Shown in pieces: positions 18,065-28,004 of a stretch of DNA of 45,743 bases; the stretch's first letter is position 1; every line of letters starts with the position of its first letter. The stretch covers positions 1 through 45,743 of the forward strand of contig JAAENK010000156.1 of NCBI GenBank assembly GCA_024224415.1, written 5' to 3'. This DNA is from Gammaproteobacteria bacterium (GTDB lineage Bacteria > Pseudomonadota > Gammaproteobacteria > GCA-001735895). Under the pieces are notes generated by a model that saw only the letters and a program-made list of their open reading frames with translations, was not told the DNA's origin and searched no databases. The translations under genes and the position numbers were made by a program.

Positions 18065-19861
18065 CTAGCCATCTACTCTTAATATGGCAAGAAAGGCATC
18101 CTGTGGAATTTCAACACTACCAACCTGTTTCATTCGTTTCTTACCAGCCTTTTGTTTTTCCAGTAACTTGCGTTTGCGAGTCGCGTCACCGCCGTAACAT
18201 TTTGCAGTAACATTTTTACGCAATGCTTTAACATTGGTTCTGGCGATAATATTGGAGCCAATTGCAGCCTGTATTGCCACATCAAACATTTGACGTGGAA
18301 TTAGTTCTTTCATCTTCGAGGCCAGTTCCCGACCTCTATAATCAGCGTTACCTCTGTGTACAATGAGTGATAACGCATCGACCTTCTCTCCATTGATCAA
18401 CACATCGAGCTTAACCAGGTTTCCCGCTTCAAAACGTAGGAACTCATAGTCAAAGGATGCATATCCCCGACTGACAGATTTTAATCGATCAAAGAAATCG
18501 AGTACAACCTCACTAAGGGGTAATTCAAAAACCAGTGAAACCTGGTTTCCGAGATACCGCATATCTTTCTGCAAACCTCGTTTTTCGATACATAAAGCAA
18601 TCACCGCACCTATATACTCCTCTGGTAGTAATATATTGGCCTGTATCACAGGCTCGCGGATTTCATTGATTTTATTAACGGGTGGTAAATCAGCGGGATT
18701 GTGAATATCTATCACCTCACCCGCAGTTGTTTCAATCTGATAGACCACGGTTGGCGCTGTGGTTATTAAATCTAGATCGTATTCGCGTTCCAGGCGCTCC
18801 TGCACGATTTCCATATGTAACATGCCCAGGAATCCACAGCGAAATCCAAACCCCAAAGCCTGCGAGGTTTCTGGCTCAAACTGTAGGGCTGCATCGTTCA
18901 ATTTGAGTTTTTTCAGAGCTTCGCGACAGTTTTCGTAGTCATCGGAACTCACCGGGAATAATCCGGCGAATACGCGGGGTTGAACTTGTTCAAAATCGGC
19001 CAGTGGCTGATCGGCCGGCTGTTGACTGAGGGTGATAGTATCACCAACCCGTGCCGATTCGATATCTTTGATACCGGAAATAATATAACCAACGTTTCCT
19101 GCCTGTAATGCCTCGGTAGCCTGTCGCTTAGGTGTAAATACACCAACCTGATCGACCAGAAACTCCCTGCCAGTCGACATCATTTTAATTTTCTGCTTCG
19201 GCCGAATACCACCTTCCATGACACGAACCAGAGTGATGACCCCGACGTAATTATCAAACCATGAATCAATAATCAGCGCCTGCGTCCTGTTGTCAGATGA
19301 TCCATGCGGTGCTGGCACCAGGGTGATCAACTGTTCAAGCAAAGCCTCGATACCAACTCCGGTTTTTGCACTGACTTCGATGGCTTCGGAAGCATCAAGA
19401 CCAATGATTTCTTCGATTTCGAGTTTGACCCGATCAGGGTCAGCAGCCGGCAGGTCAATTTTGTTCAATACTGGAATCACTTCCAGGTCGAGGTCAATCG
19501 CGGTATAGCAGTTAGCTACGCTTTGTGCCTCGACACCCTGCGAGGCGTCGACAATGAGCAACGCCCCTTCACAAGCGGCTAAAGAACGCGAGACTTCGTA
19601 GGAGAAATCTACGTGACCGGGAGTATCAATAAAATTTAGTGTATAGGTATGGCCATCCTTCGCCTTATATTTAAGCGATACGCTTTGCGCCTTGATAGTA
19701 ATACCACGTTCCCGTTCCAGATCCATGGAATCGAGTACCTGGCTATCCATCTCACGCTCACTCAAACCACCACAAATCTGGATAAATCGATCAGCAAGTG
19801 TCGATTTACCGTGATCGATATGCGCAATGATTGAGAAATTACGTATGTTTTCCATCCGCAT
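18065..19861 (-). CDS. lepA: Elongation factor 4
   Basis: [34 protein letters not shown]. Confidence 0.98.
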   Translation of the reverse strand: MRMENIRNFSIIAHIDHGKSTLADRFIQICGGLSEREMDSQVLDSMDLERERGITIKAQSVSLKYKAKDGHTYTLNFIDTPGHVDFSYEVSRSLAACEGALLIVDASQGVEAQSVANCYTAIDLDLEVIPVLNKIDLPAADPDRVKLEIEEIIGLDASEAIEVSAKTGVGIEALLEQLITLVPAPHGSSDNRTQALIIDSWFDNYVGVITLVRVMEGGIRPKQKIKMMSTGREFLVDQVGVFTPKRQATEALQAGNVGYIISGIKDIESARVGDTITLSQQPADQPLADFEQVQPRVFAGLFPVSSDDYENCREALKKLKLNDAALQFEPETSQALGFGFRCGFLGMLHMEIVQERLEREYDLDLITTAPTVVYQIETTAGEVIDIHNPADLPPVNKINEIREPVIQANILLPEEYIGAVIALCIEKRGLQKDMRYLGNQVSLVFELPLSEVVLDFFDRLKSVSRGYASFDYEFLRFEAGNLVKLDVLINGEKVDALSLIVHRGNADYRGRELASKMKELIPRQMFDVAIQAAIGSNIIARTNVKALRKNVTAKCYGGDATRKRKLLEKQKAGKKRMKQVGSVEIPQDAFLAILRVDG

Positions 19862-20036
19862 GAATGAATCTAACCCCGGATTGATAGCCGAAAAAACCTG
19901 TCCGTTGCCGATTCAGGAGAGTCAGCACGAGCCAGATAAAAGAGCGCGAAGTTTACGGCAAACAGCAATAAATCAACAGCCCAAAACCAAAATTAGGCTT
20001 AGGGGATGAAAATCAATTGTGACTATCAGTGTTAAT

Positions 20037-21455
20037 TCAGGAGTCTTCGGGACGGATTGCCAGAAATACCGGGCCGGAACGACGTTGCACAAGAAGCGCG
20101 ACCGATTTACCGGTTTTCAAATCATCGGCAATTTCTTCAAACTCCTCTACCGATGAAACCTCCTGATTATCGATCATGGTGATGACATCGCCCTTTTGTA
20201 TGCCTGCATCCCGTGCAGCACCAGTAGTTTCAACATCTATTACCTGGACACCAGATCTGACTTTAAGTTTCTTGCGTGCTGATTCGGATAAAGGGTTGAC
20301 ACTCATCCCCAGGGCTGAGCTTTGTTTTGGCGTGTCACCATCTGGATTATATGCTGCTTGTGTAATCGAAGAGGGCAACTCAGCAATTCTGACTTTGATA
20401 TTCTTACGCTTCTTGTCGCGAATGATCGTCACATCGGCCTTCTTACCCACCGATGACCGACCTACAAGCGGTGGCAAGCTACTAGAACGCATCACTTTTT
20501 TGCCATTGAATTCGATGATCACATCGCCAACCTGCAATCCAGCATCCTCGGCCGGGCTTTGTTCAAGAACCTTGGCAACCAGTGCACCATACGGGTTTTC
20601 CATGCCAAATGATTCTGCAAGTTCTCGCGTGACTTCCTGAATTAACACGCCCAACCAGCCTCTGGAAACATGCCCGGTTTCCTTAATTTGATTGGCGACA
20701 TCGACCGCCATTTCAATAGGAATAGCAAATGACAGCCCCATGAAGCCACCGGTACGACTATAAATCTGTGAATTGATACCAACAACCTCACCGTCCAGAT
20801 TGAACAAAGGTCCACCGGAGTTTCCTGGATTGATGGCGACATCGGTTTGAATAAACGGCACATAGTTATCATTGGGTAGACTACGACCTTTGGCGCTAAC
20901 TATACCAGCTGTTACCGAGTGATCGAATCCAAACGGCGACCCAATCGCGAGCACCCATTCACCTACTTTAAGGTCATCTGAATCACCAAATTCAAGTACC
21001 TGCAAATTATCCGCATCGACCTTTAACACGGCGACATCAGAAGCCTTGTCGGATCCGATAATTCTGGCCACATACTCTTCACGATTAGCCATGCGCACGA
21101 TGACCTGGTCAGCGCCATCGATAACATGATGATTGGTAAGGATGTACCCGTCGCTGGAAATGATAAAGCCGGATCCTAACGATTGCCCGTGGCGGCGCTC
21201 ACCAAACTCATCCGGATTATTGAAAAATTTTTCTAACAACTCACCAAATGGTGAACCTTCTGGCAACTCCGGTATCGGGATTCCTGGATCTACCTTACTT
21301 TTCTGTGCTTTGGTTTTGGTACTAATATTGACGACAGAATTTTTTGCATTTTCAACTATCCCTGTGAAATCAGGCAGTGAAGCCAGACTCGTGACTGGCA
21401 GAATGAGAGCAACTATTACAAGTAACTGATAGAAATATCTATTCATATTTTTCAT
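20037..21455 (-). CDS. mucD: DegP/DegQ (MucD-like) periplasmic serine endoprotease
   Basis: GSGFII, TNHHV, SDVAVL, INPGNSGGPL and two PDZ domains; last gene of the rpoE operon. Confidence 0.92.
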   Translation of the reverse strand: MKNMNRYFYQLLVIVALILPVTSLASLPDFTGIVENAKNSVVNISTKTKAQKSKVDPGIPIPELPEGSPFGELLEKFFNNPDEFGERRHGQSLGSGFIISSDGYILTNHHVIDGADQVIVRMANREEYVARIIGSDKASDVAVLKVDADNLQVLEFGDSDDLKVGEWVLAIGSPFGFDHSVTAGIVSAKGRSLPNDNYVPFIQTDVAINPGNSGGPLFNLDGEVVGINSQIYSRTGGFMGLSFAIPIEMAVDVANQIKETGHVSRGWLGVLIQEVTRELAESFGMENPYGALVAKVLEQSPAEDAGLQVGDVIIEFNGKKVMRSSSLPPLVGRSSVGKKADVTIIRDKKRKNIKVRIAELPSSITQAAYNPDGDTPKQSSALGMSVNPLSESARKKLKVRSGVQVIDVETTGAARDAGIQKGDVITMIDNQEVSSVEEFEEIADDLKTGKSVALLVQRRSGPVFLAIRPEDS

Positions 21456-21501
21456 TGTTTGGTTAAACCTAAATGTTGTTGGCTAGTCTCACAGGTAACA
21501 C

Positions 21502-21951
21502 TCAAAATTGCCTGGTCAGTTCACTGTTGACATGAAGAACCTGAGGATAAAACTGTTTTGAGAGTTTTCTCTTTGCCAGTGTTGCTGAAATCAAAAAACC
21601 TGAAATAAAACCTGCAATAGCAGCTATCAAAGTCATCACCTCAGAGCCATCGGCTATCCAGTGGCCGAGGCCTGATGCTGCTACCATCATAAATAGAGGC
21701 AAACCATAAATTAACAAGCTGGCTCTTAAAAGACTGCTATCCGGTATACCCAGAACAACCCGGTCACCTGGTTTCAAATCGATATCACTTTGTATCACTA
21801 TTGGTTTGCTGCGATGACCTAGCAACCGTCCAATTGCACCCGTACCACATCCCTGGTTCAAATCGCAGTGACTACAGGCACTCTGGCGTAGCATTTCAAC
21901 CTCGACACGTCTGCCCACTGCTCGAATTACTGTCGCCTGCTCCTTTATCAT
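21502..21951 (-). CDS. rseC: RseC/MucC family protein
   Basis: SACSHC...GCG Cys motif plus two TMs; operon position. Confidence 0.92.
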   Translation of the reverse strand: MIKEQATVIRAVGRRVEVEMLRQSACSHCDLNQGCGTGAIGRLLGHRSKPIVIQSDIDLKPGDRVVLGIPDSSLLRASLLIYGLPLFMMVAASGLGHWIADGSEVMTLIAAIAGFISGFLISATLAKRKLSKQFYPQVLHVNSELTRQF

Positions 21952-21970
21952 AAGAACATTATAAGACTTT

Positions 21971-22966
21971 TCAGGGTTTTTTATAAAAAATTGATTCTGC
22001 CATGGTTTGCACAGTTACAGCAGGTACTTCCCCTATCGCGGTCACCGAATATTCATTCAAGACCCGGATAAAAGCATTTACTGCACCCATCGATGTTTTG
22101 CCGCGATGCAACTGGCTGGTCTGCTTTTCGATAAACACCGATAGAGATGCCAGGCCATCGGTATAAACCATTTGATGAAAAGTCTTGCCCGATTTTGTAT
22201 CACGCCTTTTTAACACCGACTCTTGCCTGAAGCCTGCTGGCATAGAATCTATTCGCCACGAAAAGGTTTCGTTAACGACGCTACCAGAATTTTCCCCACT
22301 GTGATAACGCACCAGGGTGTAGTCATCATTAATGAGGGGTATTTTGTTGATATCGAGCTGATCACCGTTTTTAACTAACTCCAGACTGGTAAACATTACT
22401 TGTTCGACGATCCGATTATGCTCATTAATTAAATTAGATTTCAGCAGCAATCCATTTTCGGCACTAACCCAGAATTTCAATCCATATCTATATTTGTCCT
22501 TTGGTTTAATCTCCACCACAATGGCTTCATAGTCGGCGATTCGATCCTTACCGATCAGTTTCATATCATACAGTTTGCTAACTCTTTCGATATCATCGGG
22601 AATAAATAGCGGTGAAAATGAATTCTTGCGGGAGACATCGACAACCACTTTACGGCTCGAAGGCCAGATACAGGTTAAGTTTTTATTATCACGAATTACT
22701 TCCCGTGCTTCACCATTAAGGGAGAGCAATCGTTCCCTTTCGCCCGTTTCATCTTTCATATGCGAAATGGACATACTTTCCAACTGGTTTTCGTGCATAT
22801 ATACGAAATTACCGCGATAATTCAAATTACGCATCGCATTTGACATCGACTGAATCCACTCGATAGCAGTAGGAGTGGATGCCTGACCTAAACCAGGCAG
22901 CATTAATAATGTCACCGTAAACAACCTGAGAGCCGAACTCAATTTAATTCCCCGTCGGTTCATCAA
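21971..22966 (-). CDS. rseB: Periplasmic anti-sigmaE regulator RseB/MucB
   Basis: LNYRGNFVY, LNGEAREVIR, YTDGLASLSVFIE, IGEVP. Confidence 0.93.
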   Translation of the reverse strand: MMNRRGIKLSSALRLFTVTLLMLPGLGQASTPTAIEWIQSMSNAMRNLNYRGNFVYMHENQLESMSISHMKDETGERERLLSLNGEAREVIRDNKNLTCIWPSSRKVVVDVSRKNSFSPLFIPDDIERVSKLYDMKLIGKDRIADYEAIVVEIKPKDKYRYGLKFWVSAENGLLLKSNLINEHNRIVEQVMFTSLELVKNGDQLDINKIPLINDDYTLVRYHSGENSGSVVNETFSWRIDSMPAGFRQESVLKRRDTKSGKTFHQMVYTDGLASLSVFIEKQTSQLHRGKTSMGAVNAFIRVLNEYSVTAIGEVPAVTVQTMAESIFYKKP

Positions 22967-22969
22967 AAG

Positions 22970-23611
22970 TTACTGCTGCGAATCATATCCAGCAACACGG
23001 GCCTGTGGAATCAGTCCCTGCATAGGAATCGAATATTCTGTGTGATTAACCAGATAGGCGTTGAGCTTTTGCTGCAGTGCTGGTGCATCATTAATAACTG
23101 TCCAGCGCATACCTTTACCCAGACCAGACGAAACAGTCACGGTGTTACCCAGTACTGGCTGGCTCGCGAGCTTTTCTATCTTTTGCTGTTGTACCGAAAC
23201 CACTGACTCATTGATCTGGCCTTGCTCGGGGTTTGTCGATACCGATTGCCAAATGCTTACCGAAACCAGAGCCACCGAAGCCGCTACTGCCATACCGGCA
23301 AAAGGTCTTAATGCCGCCCAGGACCAGAAAGAACCAGGTTCATTTGAATATTCTGAAGAAGTAGCTGAAGTTTTATCGACAGAGTCAATTTTACCAATCC
23401 TGGCCATAATTTGATGACTCAGGTCGTGATTAATTTGTACAGGTAATTCATGGCGCATTACATCACCAATCATCTGGTATCGACTCAGTTGATATTGCAA
23501 ATTAACATCACCAATAACTTCATCCAGCACAGCATGGCTTTGTTCATCATCTGAATACTCATCCAGTATGACGGATAGTTTTTCATCCAATTCACTCATA
23601 TCAATACCCAT
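22970..23611 (-). CDS. rseA: Anti-sigmaE factor RseA/MucA
   Basis: EKLSVILD, RYQMIGDVMR, TM AVAASVA, LNAYLVNH. Confidence 0.9.
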   Translation of the reverse strand: MGIDMSELDEKLSVILDEYSDDEQSHAVLDEVIGDVNLQYQLSRYQMIGDVMRHELPVQINHDLSHQIMARIGKIDSVDKTSATSSEYSNEPGSFWSWAALRPFAGMAVAASVALVSVSIWQSVSTNPEQGQINESVVSVQQQKIEKLASQPVLGNTVTVSSGLGKGMRWTVINDAPALQQKLNAYLVNHTEYSIPMQGLIPQARVAGYDSQQ

Positions 23612-23646
23612 TACTCAGCTAAACATACTTTTTTATAGATACTTAG

Positions 23647-24222
23647 TCACTCTAATAGAGGTCTAAGTTCCTTATCGATCACATCTCGCGCACGAAAAAT
23701 TCGAGATCGAACGGTGCCGATAGGGCAATCCATCACCTCCGCAATCTCTTCGTAGCTCAATCCCTCAATTTCTCGCAGCGAGATGGCCGACCTAAGATCA
23801 TCCGGCAACGCCTCTATGGCTGCGAATACGGTATTCCTGATTTCCTCGGTGAGCAGCAAGTTCTCCGGCGTTGCATACTCCTTTAAGCCCGATTCTCCTT
23901 CGAAGTGCTCGGCGTCTTCGACATCAACCACATAACTCGGTGACTTACGCGCCCTCGAAGCCAGATAATTCTTCGCGGTATTTGACGCAATTCGATACAA
24001 CCAGGTGTAAAACTGGCTATCCCCCCTGAAATTACCAATTGCGCGGTAAGCCTTGATAAACGTATCCTGGGCTATATCGTAGCATTCGGCCTTATCTGAC
24101 ACGAACCTACCGATCAAATTCACCACCTTATGCTGATATTTCTGTACCAGAATATCAAATGCCACGGAATCACCCGCCTGCACACGTTTTACCAGTTCTG
24201 CGTCAAGCAGATTTGTCCCCAT
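23647..24222 (-). CDS. rpoE: RNA polymerase sigma factor RpoE (AlgU)
   Basis: LVKRVQAGD, FRGDSQFYTWLYRIA, GLSYEEIAEVMDCPIGTVRSRIFRAR. Confidence 0.97.
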   Translation of the reverse strand: MGTNLLDAELVKRVQAGDSVAFDILVQKYQHKVVNLIGRFVSDKAECYDIAQDTFIKAYRAIGNFRGDSQFYTWLYRIASNTAKNYLASRARKSPSYVVDVEDAEHFEGESGLKEYATPENLLLTEEIRNTVFAAIEALPDDLRSAISLREIEGLSYEEIAEVMDCPIGTVRSRIFRARDVIDKELRPLLE

Positions 24223-24336
24223 CTATAGCCCTGAAATGTATTATTTAACCTGTTCTATTGTTACAGGCCTACGGCTATCGCCACTGCGCTAAGCACGACG
24301 ATACACTCATTAAATACTAGCATTTTAATCCCATAA

Positions 24337-24363
24337 ATGGACCTGCATTATTCAACAAAGTTC
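24337..24363 (-). promoter_or_regulatory. SigmaE-dependent (autoregulatory) promoter of rpoE
   Basis: The minus strand reads GAACTT-N16-TCCAT, matching the sigmaE/AlgU consensus. Confidence 0.75.
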
Positions 24364-24474
24364 ATGCCAATATCTACTATCCCTGTTTTTCTTTTGAGTT
24401 GTATCCAGGTTATCTATAACCTGTCTGAAAAACAGAAGATTTCTCTCATTACACTTTAAGAATTCAAAAAATCT

Positions 24475-24912
24475 ATGTGGCATCAACAGGAAATAAAATT
24501 ATTAGAGAGGAAGCGAGGCATTCATCTGGTTACCGACGAAATTCTGAGCCAACTCAAACAATTACCGTCAATCAATATTGGCATTTTGCACCTTTTCATA
24601 AAACACAGCTCGGCATCTCTCTGCATCAATGAAAATGCCGATCCGGATGTACGACACGACGTCGAAGCGCATTTTAATCACTTTGTTCCTGAAAACGCAG
24701 CATATTACCAACATACCCTGGAGGGCAGTGACGACATGCCCGCGCATATCAAGAGCATTACGATTGGTTCCAGTGTCGCCATCCCCATTGCAAACGGCCG
24801 ATTGAATCTTGGTACCTGGCAAGGCATTTATCTTGGCGAGCACCGTAATCATGGTGGGAGTAGAACTATAGTTGCGACGATTCAGGGGGAATACACGACA
24901 TCCCCGGTTTAA
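24475..24912 (+). CDS. yjbQ: YjbQ/UPF0047 family protein
   Basis: HSSASLCINENADPDV, EGSDDMPAHIK, LGTWQGIYLGEHR. Confidence 0.93.
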   Translation: MWHQQEIKLLERKRGIHLVTDEILSQLKQLPSINIGILHLFIKHSSASLCINENADPDVRHDVEAHFNHFVPENAAYYQHTLEGSDDMPAHIKSITIGSSVAIPIANGRLNLGTWQGIYLGEHRNHGGSRTIVATIQGEYTTSPV

Positions 24913-25011
24913 TCTTATGGGAGCATTGAGCTTTTCAATTTGCCATCACTCGATAATACGGCACAATACTGGGCTATTCATTTTTTGCACGCAGAGAGGA
25001 GATTTAAAGCA

Positions 25012-25656
25012 ATGAAAATTATACTACTGGGTCCACCCGGCGCCGGCAAAGGCACCATTGCCAAGGCACTCACACAATACGATGCCTCTGTGCAGATTTC
25101 CACCGGCGATATTTTACGTGCGGCGGTAGCGGCTGGCACAGAACTCGGTAAACAGGCCGAAGCGGCGATGAGCGCAGGTAATCTGGTTACTGACGAGCTG
25201 ATTATGGGTATTATGGAACAGCGTTTGCAGGAAGATGACTGTAAAGCTGGTTATCTGCTCGATGGCTTTCCACGCACGATTCCTCAGGCCGAAGCTTTGC
25301 AGGTGTTGCTCGAAAAAATGGGCGAAAAGCTCGATGCTGTGCTTGAATTACAAATCCCACGCGATGTGATTATCGACCGCCTGACCACACGTCGAACCTG
25401 CGCACAATGCGGCGAGATTTATAATGTGAAATCAAAGCCGCCTAAGGTTGACGGGGTTTGTGACGTTTGTGGTTCGAATGAAATCGTACAGCGCGACGAT
25501 GAAACGGTTGAAGCGATCAATAACCGCCTGGAGGTTTACCAGGCACAAACCGCGCCATTGTCAGCATTTTACCAGAATACAGGCCTGCTAGTCAGCGTAC
25601 AAACTTCAGATCTGAGTCCGGTAATGACGGCTTTAAAGCTCAAGATAGATAACTAA
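25012..25656 (+). CDS. adk: Adenylate kinase with 4-Cys zinc LID
   Basis: [28 protein letters not shown]...CDVC, QRDDE; GAGGAG RBS before the ATG at 25012. Confidence 0.96.
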   Translation: MKIILLGPPGAGKGTIAKALTQYDASVQISTGDILRAAVAAGTELGKQAEAAMSAGNLVTDELIMGIMEQRLQEDDCKAGYLLDGFPRTIPQAEALQVLLEKMGEKLDAVLELQIPRDVIIDRLTTRRTCAQCGEIYNVKSKPPKVDGVCDVCGSNEIVQRDDETVEAINNRLEVYQAQTAPLSAFYQNTGLLVSVQTSDLSPVMTALKLKIDN

Positions 25657-27356
25657 ACCTTAAACTGCTGAATCAATTTCTGCAAACCCGCAGCCTGCTG
25701 GGAAACTATATCACAGGATTGTTTGGCAACTATAGAGCTGCTTGCGGTATCTTCTGCGACTGATTGAATCGCGGCCACATTGCGTGAAACTTCATCTGCG
25801 GTGCGTTGCTGTTCATCTGCGGCATGGGCAATTTGATTATTCATTGTGCTTATTTCATTCACGGAGGAGACGATAGTATCCAGTGACTGGCCAGCCGTTT
25901 CTGCCATTTCAACGGTTTTTTGTGCCTGACTCTGTCCTTTGTCCATGACCGTAACTGCCTGTCGGGTCCCGCTTTGAAGACCCTCAATCATGGCCTGGAT
26001 CTCTTCGGTGGATTCCTGGGTTCTACTCGCCAGGGTCCTGACTTCATCGGCGACCACTGCAAAACCCCTGCCCTGTTCACCGGCTCGTGCGGCCTCGATT
26101 GCAGCATTGAGCGCGAGCAAATTGGTCTGTTCTGCAATCCCGCTAATGACATCGAGTACGGTGCCAATATTGTCTGCCTGTTTCGCCAGATCCCTGATCA
26201 CATCGACCGCTGAGGACACATCACTGGATAATTGATGTATGCTGTCCACCGTTTGATTGACTATCTTCTTACCATTTTTTGCAGAATCATCGGCGGTTGT
26301 GGTTTCACTCACCGCACTGGAGGCGCTATCGTTAACATGCGCTGAAGATGCTGACATTTGTGCCGCCGCCGAAGCGATTGAACCGCTTTCCTGCTGCTGT
26401 CGAAGCGCACCCTCACTCACCGTAGCTGTTGTCGAATCTAGCTCTGTAACAGAATCCACAACCTGTGTTGAGACCCTGGCTACCTCCTCGACAGTACCAT
26501 GAATTTTTTCCATAAACTCATTGAAATGACCAGCTAGCTGACTAATTTCGTCACGCCTTTTGACTGGAATGCGTTGGGTTAAATCACCTTCACCCGAAGC
26601 AATACCTTCAAAACGAGCCGACATGCGCTTCAGGCGAGCTCCTACCGTAAATCTAAATAGCAAAGATATAGTACCTAACATGATTATCAGCGTAACCACA
26701 ACGATTGCTAAAATTGTCATATTCGTCAGAATGCCTGCTTGAATCTGTGGGCTGATGTCACTACTAACTTCGAGCACACCGCGCACGTCACCAAGTTTCC
26801 AGTCATTTTTAGGTGTATCTGCACGGCTATTATGGCAATTCACGCAGGCTTCACTGACCATTCTGTCGGCAACAGCCACTCTTAATACAGGTCTTCCACC
26901 GATGTTTAGCTCTTCGCTATATGTTGCATCCGGGTTTTGATCCAGGTAATTCCAGGCACGTAGTTGAAAATCATCAAGAGTTCGATTACTACGATTCGGA
27001 AAAGGATACTTGCTGTAGAGATTCAATACTGTTCCACTTTCCTGTAGCAACTGGCTCAAATCATGAATCATGGTGGCGGGTAAGGGAATGGCATTATTAT
27101 TGCCTTTATGGTCAATAGCGGGCCGTACATCCTGGCTTTTCAGGATTGTTTTTACAATATTATTGGTATAGTAAGCCCGTACGGTCTTAAACTGCGCCAC
27201 CGTTTTTTCGGTTTCACTGATCGCATTGTCAACCGCAATATTTTTAATCAGACTGGGTATCACAAAACTTAAAATGGCTACTGCAAGTAAGCCGACGGCC
27301 ATTACTGGTAAAGTCAGTTTCCAGAATATGCTCTTAAACTGAAATTTAATCATCAT
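25653..27356 (-). CDS. Methyl-accepting chemotaxis protein with periplasmic c-type heme (DUF3365/Tll0287-like) sensor
   Basis: TM-sensor (PLPATMIH...CVNCH...WKLGDVRG)-TM-HAMP, then [34 protein letters not shown]. Confidence 0.92.
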   Translation of the reverse strand: MMIKFQFKSIFWKLTLPVMAVGLLAVAILSFVIPSLIKNIAVDNAISETEKTVAQFKTVRAYYTNNIVKTILKSQDVRPAIDHKGNNNAIPLPATMIHDLSQLLQESGTVLNLYSKYPFPNRSNRTLDDFQLRAWNYLDQNPDATYSEELNIGGRPVLRVAVADRMVSEACVNCHNSRADTPKNDWKLGDVRGVLEVSSDISPQIQAGILTNMTILAIVVVTLIIMLGTISLLFRFTVGARLKRMSARFEGIASGEGDLTQRIPVKRRDEISQLAGHFNEFMEKIHGTVEEVARVSTQVVDSVTELDSTTATVSEGALRQQQESGSIASAAAQMSASSAHVNDSASSAVSETTTADDSAKNGKKIVNQTVDSIHQLSSDVSSAVDVIRDLAKQADNIGTVLDVISGIAEQTNLLALNAAIEAARAGEQGRGFAVVADEVRTLASRTQESTEEIQAMIEGLQSGTRQAVTVMDKGQSQAQKTVEMAETAGQSLDTIVSSVNEISTMNNQIAHAADEQQRTADEVSRNVAAIQSVAEDTASSSIVAKQSCDIVSQQAAGLQKLIQQFKV

Positions 27357-27401
27357 CGAGGCTCCACAAAAGGAATCAACCTGAACAGGTAGTTATCCCT
27401 G

Positions 27402-27428
27402 ATATCGACCATGGCTAAAAAAACTTTA
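27402..27428 (-). promoter_or_regulatory. Sigma28 (FliA) promoter of the chemoreceptor gene
   Basis: The minus strand reads TAAAGTTT-N11-GTCGATAT; consensus is TAAAGTTT-N11-GCCGATAA. Confidence 0.85.
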
Positions 27429-27444
27429 GACCTTTCTAGAGATA

Positions 27445-27819
27445 CTAATCCGGCGCTCCGATTTCGACACGTTCTACGCCGGCAACAAAAATTTTGCGCC
27501 CTTCGACGGTAGTAAAGTTATTGCTCTGTATATCTTCACGGCGCGCTTTATAGCTTATGCTCTGTCCCGACTGGGTATTGATAACATGCACTGTGACGAC
27601 GGTATTCTTGTCCTGGAGTTCCAGCGATATCATGACCCCGGCCGCAATCACCATAAGCAGCATAAATGACCAGGCAGCCTGTCGAAATAGCTTCTGCTTT
27701 TGCTGATTTTTCGGATTTGGCACGATTTTAAGCTGCGGATTCGTATTTTCACGCCGTGCCGAAAGCATCCACATGCAGCCAATAATTACCAGTACAGTCA
27801 CCAGTATCTTCGTTAACAT
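27445..27819 (-). CDS. Hypothetical membrane protein (two TMs plus small soluble domain)
   Basis: 124-aa ORF filling the gap; GAGG RBS; two hydrophobic helices. Confidence 0.75.
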   Translation of the reverse strand: MLTKILVTVLVIIGCMWMLSARRENTNPQLKIVPNPKNQQKQKLFRQAAWSFMLLMVIAAGVMISLELQDKNTVVTVHVINTQSGQSISYKARREDIQSNNFTTVEGRKIFVAGVERVEIGAPD

Positions 27820-28004
27820 TCGTAACCTCGTTATGTGCGGCCAAACACTACCATGTGATCATGCAGTGGTCTAATAAAACAGGACACATTAATGAGAGAC
27901 CATAACTATCAACATCATGTAAATGAGGCTGTATCAGTTTTTCAATCGCTGGGCATTCAATTTTATGTAAAATGCTGTAATTAGGTTTGCTTAATTTTAT
28001 TAAT

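Noticed and set aside
19862-20036. Intergenic region before lepA as an sRNA or small ORF
   Set aside because: No convincing hairpin, terminator or RBS-led ORF; probably just the lepA promoter and leader.
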